DNA of 29,602 nucleotides from Paludibacteraceae bacterium (GTDB taxonomy: Bacteria > Bacteroidota > Bacteroidia > Bacteroidales > Paludibacteraceae). The stretch is taken from the NCBI GenBank assembly GCA_017960065.1, contig JAGCZK010000038.1:1-29602 (forward strand), written 5' to 3'. Below are positions 25,174 through 29,602 of the stretch, in pieces; position 1 is the first letter of the stretch, and each line of letters begins with the position of its first letter. The notes under the pieces were generated by a model. The model ran no database searches. It saw only the letters and a list, made by a program, of their open reading frames with translations, and was not told the DNA's origin. A program made the translations under genes and the position numbers.

Positions 25174-26382
25174 ATGAAAAGAATACCGTTCATTATAGGA
25201 TTGCTCTTGTGCATGGCGACTGCGGCGTTTGCGCTCGACAAATACGTTTCGGTGCTGCCCATTGCAGCCAGCGTCTATGACGCTCCTACCGCCGAGGGCA
25301 AAGTCATCGGGCAGATTGCCCCGAAAGGCGAAGTGCAAGTCTATGTGGTCAATGGCGACTGGGCCATCGTCGATTACCAAGGGCAAGTGGGCTATGTAGC
25401 CACCGCCTGCCTCAAAAAGGCCGAAACGGGCACACAAACCGCCGAGCCGCAACCGCCCGTAGAACCCCAGTCAACGGCGCAGCCGCAAACCCCGGCGACC
25501 GCACAGCCCCAGCAAACACAGCAGCCACAGCAAACACAGCAGCCACAGGCCCAGCCTCAAGCGCAGCAACCGGCCGCCAAGCCCGAGCCTGCGCCCACGC
25601 CCAAAACCACGCAAAACAATATGTTTACGCTGTACGACCAAGCCGAAAGCTACTCGCTTGTCAACAACAAAGACAACCGGTCCGACTTGTTCGACTGCGG
25701 CGGAGCATTGTATCTTGAATTTGGCTACCAGCGGCCGACCTACACCAACCCGCACAAACAAGACAACTGGGCGGGCGTGCCTTGGACCACTCCGTTCTCG
25801 CTAAACGGCGGAGAGTTTTCGATGGGCGGCATCATCCCCGTATGGGGCCCGATCGGACTGGACCTGGGGTTTGGCATGGACGTAACCTACGGCAAATATA
25901 AAACAGACGACTTTTACTTCGATGTCGTCCACAACAATTATGGTGAGCCTAAGATATTTGGCAGCCAATACGACTACGCCTCCAGGTTCAGACTGACCAT
26001 GCCGTTCTACCTGATGCCCGTGTTTGGTATGAATGTGGGATACAAACAATACGTGCGCCTGCATACCGGACCGCGCTTTGCGCTCTATTTCGAAGATTTG
26101 GTTAGTTTCCATTATATCAATGACAAAGGCAAAAAAGACAACGATTCGTACGAGTTTTACGGTATCGGCGAAGAGGACAATATACAGCGAGCGTTTGACA
26201 TCACCTGGTACTTGGGTGTCAGCTACACCTACAAGAGCATCGGCGTGCGCGTGGCCTACGAATGGGGCCTCATCGGCCGATACAAAAACGAGTACTACAA
26301 CGAAGGCCTCAACCGGAAAGAATTGTACGACCCGAGATACAACAATCTGATTATATCGCTGTTTATACCGATGTATTTTTAG
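25174..26382 (+). CDS. SH3b domain, Gln/Pro linker and C-terminal outer-membrane beta-barrel protein
   Basis: Signal peptide. SH3b-like VYDAPTAEGKVIGQI...GDWAIVDYQGQVGYVA. Q/P-rich linker. Alternating beta-strand pattern (LGVSYTYKSIGVRVAYEWGL) with a terminal Phe. Confidence 0.75.
   Translation: MKRIPFIIGLLLCMATAAFALDKYVSVLPIAASVYDAPTAEGKVIGQIAPKGEVQVYVVNGDWAIVDYQGQVGYVATACLKKAETGTQTAEPQPPVEPQSTAQPQTPATAQPQQTQQPQQTQQPQAQPQAQQPAAKPEPAPTPKTTQNNMFTLYDQAESYSLVNNKDNRSDLFDCGGALYLEFGYQRPTYTNPHKQDNWAGVPWTTPFSLNGGEFSMGGIIPVWGPIGLDLGFGMDVTYGKYKTDDFYFDVVHNNYGEPKIFGSQYDYASRFRLTMPFYLMPVFGMNVGYKQYVRLHTGPRFALYFEDLVSFHYINDKGKKDNDSYEFYGIGEEDNIQRAFDITWYLGVSYTYKSIGVRVAYEWGLIGRYKNEYYNEGLNRKELYDPRYNNLIISLFIPMYF
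25510..25548 (+). repeat. In-frame 18-bp tandem repeat encoding QQTQQP x2
   Basis: cagcaaacacagcagcca occurs twice, followed by cag, within the linker. Confidence 0.85.
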
Positions 26383-26411
26383 ATTTGAAAATTTGAGGAG
26401 TTGAAAAATTA

Positions 26412-26444
26412 AAACCCCGTTGTGTTGGAGGCACGACGGGGTTT
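26412..26444. terminator. Bidirectional intrinsic terminator between the barrel gene and murF
   Basis: aaaccccgttgtg-ttggagg-cacgacggggttt forms a 13-bp stem with A-rich and T-rich flanks. Confidence 0.85.
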
Positions 26445-26479
26445 CTTGTTATCGGGAGGAACGGGATTGCCGGTGAAGG

Positions 26480-27769
26480 TTACAGGCTCTCGGGCAGGGT
26501 AAACAGTTTTTGGGCGTTGGAGCCCTTGATGAGAATGGTTTTGCCCTGAACGGGTTGCGCCTGCAACTCGGCCTGCACTTCCTGCACATTGGCAAAATGC
26601 CGGTATGCCTGGTCTTCGGCGGCAAACTTTGGACCCACCAGCCATACCTGTTCAAACCCGTTTTGGTGCAACAGGTCCAGCACCTTGCGGTGCTCGGCGG
26701 GGCTGTCGGCGCCCAACTCGCCCATGTCGCCCAAAATCAGCATCTTGTCGGGGGCGGTGATCGCCGCAAAATTATGAATGGCGGCCGCCATCGACGTCGG
26801 GTTGGCGTTGTAGGCATCCACAATCAGGGTGTTGCGCTGCGTCTTCAGCAATTGCGAACGGTTATTGGAGGGTTGGTACGCCTGCAGGGCCGCCGCAATT
26901 TTTTTCAAAGGCACATCGAAATAACGCGCCACGCACACGGCCGCCAGCACATTGGGCAGGTTGTAAGTGCCGATCAAATGGGTCGGAATGGAAATCCGCT
27001 CGTCGAAACAAGTGCAATCGACCGTAATGTAGGGGTCGGCGGCCGCCACACGGCCCTGCACATAATTGTCGGCACCTTCGCCGTAAGGAATCAGCTGCAA
27101 GCCCCGCTCGCGGGCCATCGACATCAGGTCGGCGCTGTCGGCATTGACAAAACCGCGACACCCTTTCGAGGCCAGGAAATCGTACAATTCGCCTTTGGTC
27201 TTTTTCACCCCCTCGAACGAGCCGAAGCCCTCGAGATGCGCCTTGCCCACATTGGTGATCAGTCCGAAATCGGGCTCGACGATATCGACGAGCGTCCGGA
27301 TTTCGCCCGGATGGTTGGCCCCCATCTCGATGACCGCCAGCTGGTGCGACGGACGGAGCCTGAGCAGCGTCAGGGGCACGCCCAGGTGGTTGTTGAGGTT
27401 GCCTTGGGTGTAAAGCACCTCGTACGAAGCGCCCAACGCCGTCGAAACCAGTTCCTTCGTGGTGGTTTTGCCGTTGGTGCCCGTGATGCCGATGATGCGG
27501 GTACCCAAGCGCCGACGATGGAACCGCGCCAGGTCTTGCAAGGCCTTGAGGCAGTCATCGACCAGCAGGATCCGCTCGCCGTCGGCATACTGCGCCTCAT
27601 CGACAAAGGCGTAGGCACAGCCCTGCTCCACCGCGCTTTTGGCGTAGGCGTTGCCGTTAAAATTGGCCCCTTTCATCGCAAAAAACAGAGAGTCCTTGAT
27701 GGGGTTGCGCGTATCGGTGCAAATCACCGGGTGCTGCTCGAAACACTGGTAAAGCGTGGCTGTTTCCAT
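26480..27769 (-). CDS. murF: UDP-N-acetylmuramoyl-tripeptide--D-alanyl-D-alanine ligase
   Basis: Contains CTDTR, GITGTNGKTTTKE, NLNNHLGVP, EMGANHPGEI, DAYNANPTSM, LGDMGELG and IKGS. Start taken at METATLY. Confidence 0.96.
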   Translation of the reverse strand: METATLYQCFEQHPVICTDTRNPIKDSLFFAMKGANFNGNAYAKSAVEQGCAYAFVDEAQYADGERILLVDDCLKALQDLARFHRRRLGTRIIGITGTNGKTTTKELVSTALGASYEVLYTQGNLNNHLGVPLTLLRLRPSHQLAVIEMGANHPGEIRTLVDIVEPDFGLITNVGKAHLEGFGSFEGVKKTKGELYDFLASKGCRGFVNADSADLMSMARERGLQLIPYGEGADNYVQGRVAAADPYITVDCTCFDERISIPTHLIGTYNLPNVLAAVCVARYFDVPLKKIAAALQAYQPSNNRSQLLKTQRNTLIVDAYNANPTSMAAAIHNFAAITAPDKMLILGDMGELGADSPAEHRKVLDLLHQNGFEQVWLVGPKFAAEDQAYRHFANVQEVQAELQAQPVQGKTILIKGSNAQKLFTLPESL

Positions 27770-27793
27770 AGGCGTGTTGAATTGTATGTGACG

Positions 27794-27801
27794 CAAAGGT
27801 A
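27794..27801 (-). promoter_or_regulatory. -7 box (TACCTTTG) for murF
   Basis: Plus-strand caaaggta lies 24 nt upstream of the ATG. Confidence 0.6.
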
Positions 27802-27846
27802 CGGGATTTTCTGTTGTTTTAGTACGCCTTTGTCAATAAAAATACG

Positions 27847-27854
27847 TATTTTTG
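27847..27854 (+). promoter_or_regulatory. -7 box (TATTTTTG) for coaD
   Basis: Only 6 nt separate the box from the ATG at 27861. Confidence 0.55.
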
Positions 27855-27860
27855 CTGCCG

Positions 27861-28316
27861 ATGACCACAAAAAAGAAGACCATACACACTGCGCTGTTCC
27901 CCGGGTCGTTTGACCCCTTCACCATCGGACACGCCGACATCGTGCGCCGCGCCCTGCGGCTGTTCGACGGCGTGATCATCGCCATCGGCGTCAACAGCGA
28001 CAAGTCCGAAAAAAACTGCGAGGAGCGGTTGGAGCACTTGCGTGCGCTCTATGCCGACAATCCGCGCGTCGAGGTACTGGCCTACCACACCCTGACGGCC
28101 GATTTGGTGGCACAAAAAAATGCCTCGTGCATTATACGAGGCATCCGTAACGAAAGCGATCTGGCCTACGAAAGCCAAATCGCCCAAGTCAACTTCAGTC
28201 TGTTCGGCATCGAAACTATCTGGCTGCCGGCCGACCCCGAACTGAAAGAACTGTCTTCGACCGTCGTGCGCGAGTTGCAACGCTTCGGCAAAGACATTTC
28301 CAAACTGGTCCCCTGA
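27861..28316 (+). CDS. coaD: Pantetheine-phosphate adenylyltransferase
   Basis: Contains ALFPGSFDPFTIGHADIV, IIRGIR...D..YE, IET and SSTVVREL. Confidence 0.95.
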   Translation: MTTKKKTIHTALFPGSFDPFTIGHADIVRRALRLFDGVIIAIGVNSDKSEKNCEERLEHLRALYADNPRVEVLAYHTLTADLVAQKNASCIIRGIRNESDLAYESQIAQVNFSLFGIETIWLPADPELKELSSTVVRELQRFGKDISKLVP

Positions 28317-28325
28317 CGGGAGAAA

Positions 28326-28778
28326 TTACTGCAATTTTGAGATTTTATCGACGCGCTGGATGTGACGTCCGCCTTCGAAATCGGTGGTGAAGAACGTCTC
28401 CACCATCTGCTCGGCCTCGGCTTGCGAAATGAAGCGGGCCGGCATCGACAGGATGTTGGCGTCGTTGTGCTGGCGAGCCAGCTTGGCGATTTCGTTCTTC
28501 CAGCAGAGGGCGGCGCGCACATTGGGATATTTGTTGGCCGTCATGCTCACCCCGTTGCCCGTACCGCAAATGGCGATGCCGAAATCGAACTGTCCTTTGT
28601 TGACGGCCGATGCCATGGGATGGATCGTGTCGGGATAGTCCATGCTGTCGGTCGAAAAGGTGCCGTAGTCTTTGAGCGAGAACAGGCGGCTTTCGAACAC
28701 GCGTTTGAGCTCTTCTTTCATTTCATACCCGGCGTGGTCGCAGGCAATCGCCACCGAGAGGGTTTCCATATCTTTCAT
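28326..28778 (-). CDS. rpiB: Ribose-5-phosphate isomerase B
   Basis: Contains IACDHAG, DYPD, ICGTGNGVSMTANK, ARQHNDANIL and FEGGRHIQRV. Alternative start at 28769. Confidence 0.95.
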   Translation of the reverse strand: MKDMETLSVAIACDHAGYEMKEELKRVFESRLFSLKDYGTFSTDSMDYPDTIHPMASAVNKGQFDFGIAICGTGNGVSMTANKYPNVRAALCWKNEIAKLARQHNDANILSMPARFISQAEAEQMVETFFTTDFEGGRHIQRVDKISKLQ

Positions 28779-28812
28779 ATTCGTGTAGGGTTGGAGGTTT
28801 TGTTTCGGTCTG

Positions 28813-28844
28813 CAAAGTTACAACTTCTTGCGCTTTTTTTCAAA
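28813..28844 (-). promoter_or_regulatory. Bacteroidota promoter (TTTG-N20-TAACTTTG) for rpiB
   Basis: Plus-strand caaagtta at 28813-28820 and caaa at 28841-28844. Confidence 0.75.
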
Positions 28845-28848
28845 AAAA

Positions 28849-29602
28849 TCACCGGGCGCTTTGCTCAAATTCTTTCCAGAAATCGGGATAGGACTTGCTC
28901 ACCACTCCCGGGCAAAGGATGTTCAGGGCCGTACCGGTCAACACTGCCGGCGCAAAGGCCATGGCCATGCGGTGGTCGTCGTAGGTTTCGATTTCGGCCT
29001 GGCAGGGCACGGCCGGGCGACGGCTGTCGCAACGAAGGCAGCCATGGGCCGGCTCTTCGAGCACAAAGCCGAGTTTGGCGCATTCGCTGCACAATGCGGC
29101 GATGCGGTCGGTTTCCTTGATCTTGAGCGACTCGAGCCCCGAAAATTCGAACGGCACGCCGAGCAGGCAGCAGGTCACCACCAAGGTTTGGGCCAGGTCG
29201 GGCGACAGCGAAAAGTCGAGCTGGAGCGGCGACTTGTCGGCTTGGGTTTTGCGAAGCACCACCCCCTCGCTGTGGTATTCGGTGCTTACGCCCAGGCGGG
29301 CGAACCAGTCGGCCACGCAGCTGTCGCCCTGCAGGCTGTCGGACTGCAAGCCGGGCAGCGACACCCAGGCGTCGGGGTCGGCCGAAAGGGCCACTATTTC
29401 GTACCAGTACGAGGCCGCCGACCAGTCGGATTCGACCGTATAGGAGGCCGGCCGGTAACTGCCGGGGGCTACGGTGATCGTGTCGCCCTGCCAATCGACG
29501 CGAGCGCCGAAATGGCGCATCAGCTCGATGGTCATTTGGATATACGGACGCGAAGCCACCTTGCCCTCGAAGCGAAGCGTCAGGCCCTGGCGCATGTACG
29601 GG
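28849..29602 (-). CDS. aroA: 3-phosphoshikimate 1-carboxyvinyltransferase (EPSP synthase), 3' part only; the gene runs off the window end
   Basis: Contains SRPYIQMT, VESDWSAASY, SLQGD, PDLAQT, LKIKETDRI, TYDDHRMAMAF and VSKSYPDFW. Confidence 0.95.
   Translation of the reverse strand, partial: PYMRQGLTLRFEGKVASRPYIQMTIELMRHFGARVDWQGDTITVAPGSYRPASYTVESDWSAASYWYEIVALSADPDAWVSLPGLQSDSLQGDSCVADWFARLGVSTEYHSEGVVLRKTQADKSPLQLDFSLSPDLAQTLVVTCCLLGVPFEFSGLESLKIKETDRIAALCSECAKLGFVLEEPAHGCLRCDSRRPAVPCQAEIETYDDHRMAMAFAPAVLTGTALNILCPGVVSKSYPDFWKEFEQSAR

Noticed and set aside
25510-25548. Phase-variable on/off repeat
   Set aside because: The unit is 18 bp (in frame), so copy-number change alters only linker length.
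28834-28848. T7-C-A7 inverted run as a terminator
   Set aside because: It has no GC stem and a one-base loop. It is better explained as the spacer and -33 box of the rpiB promoter.

Overview
A 29.6 kb chromosomal window from a Bacteroidota organism, most likely Bacteroidales. This is inferred from repeated TTTG-N19/21-TAnnTTTG promoters, T9SS C-terminal domains and the housekeeping gene types. Core genes run at roughly 55-65% GC by spot counts. From left to right the window holds: a REP-like palindrome; recX; a three-gene surface-protein cluster (two ~1090-aa T9SS cargo proteins flanking a small Cys-rich protein with a PID-CTERM-like sorting tail); a thioredoxin-fold gene split by one in-frame TAG; pssA-yidD; an Na/Pi cotransporter; a TGS-fused nucleoside kinase; an apparent operon of ispG, a catalytically dead DPP-IV-like protein, and MFP/RND/TolC; a low-GC ~0.9 kb cassette; two envelope hypotheticals; murF; coaD; rpiB; and a 5'-truncated aroA. 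The low-GC cassette is the most interesting element. It encodes an Abi_2/AbiF-like HEPN protein (RNRIAH) with a ~150-nt leader. Inside that leader, an opposite-strand consensus promoter drives a compact structured small RNA. The whole unit sits between 24-bp imperfect direct repeats. It is a candidate toxin/RNA-antitoxin anti-phage module with convergent promoters. No tRNA, rRNA, CRISPR array, transposase or integrase was seen. All family assignments come from motif recognition by eye, not database searches.
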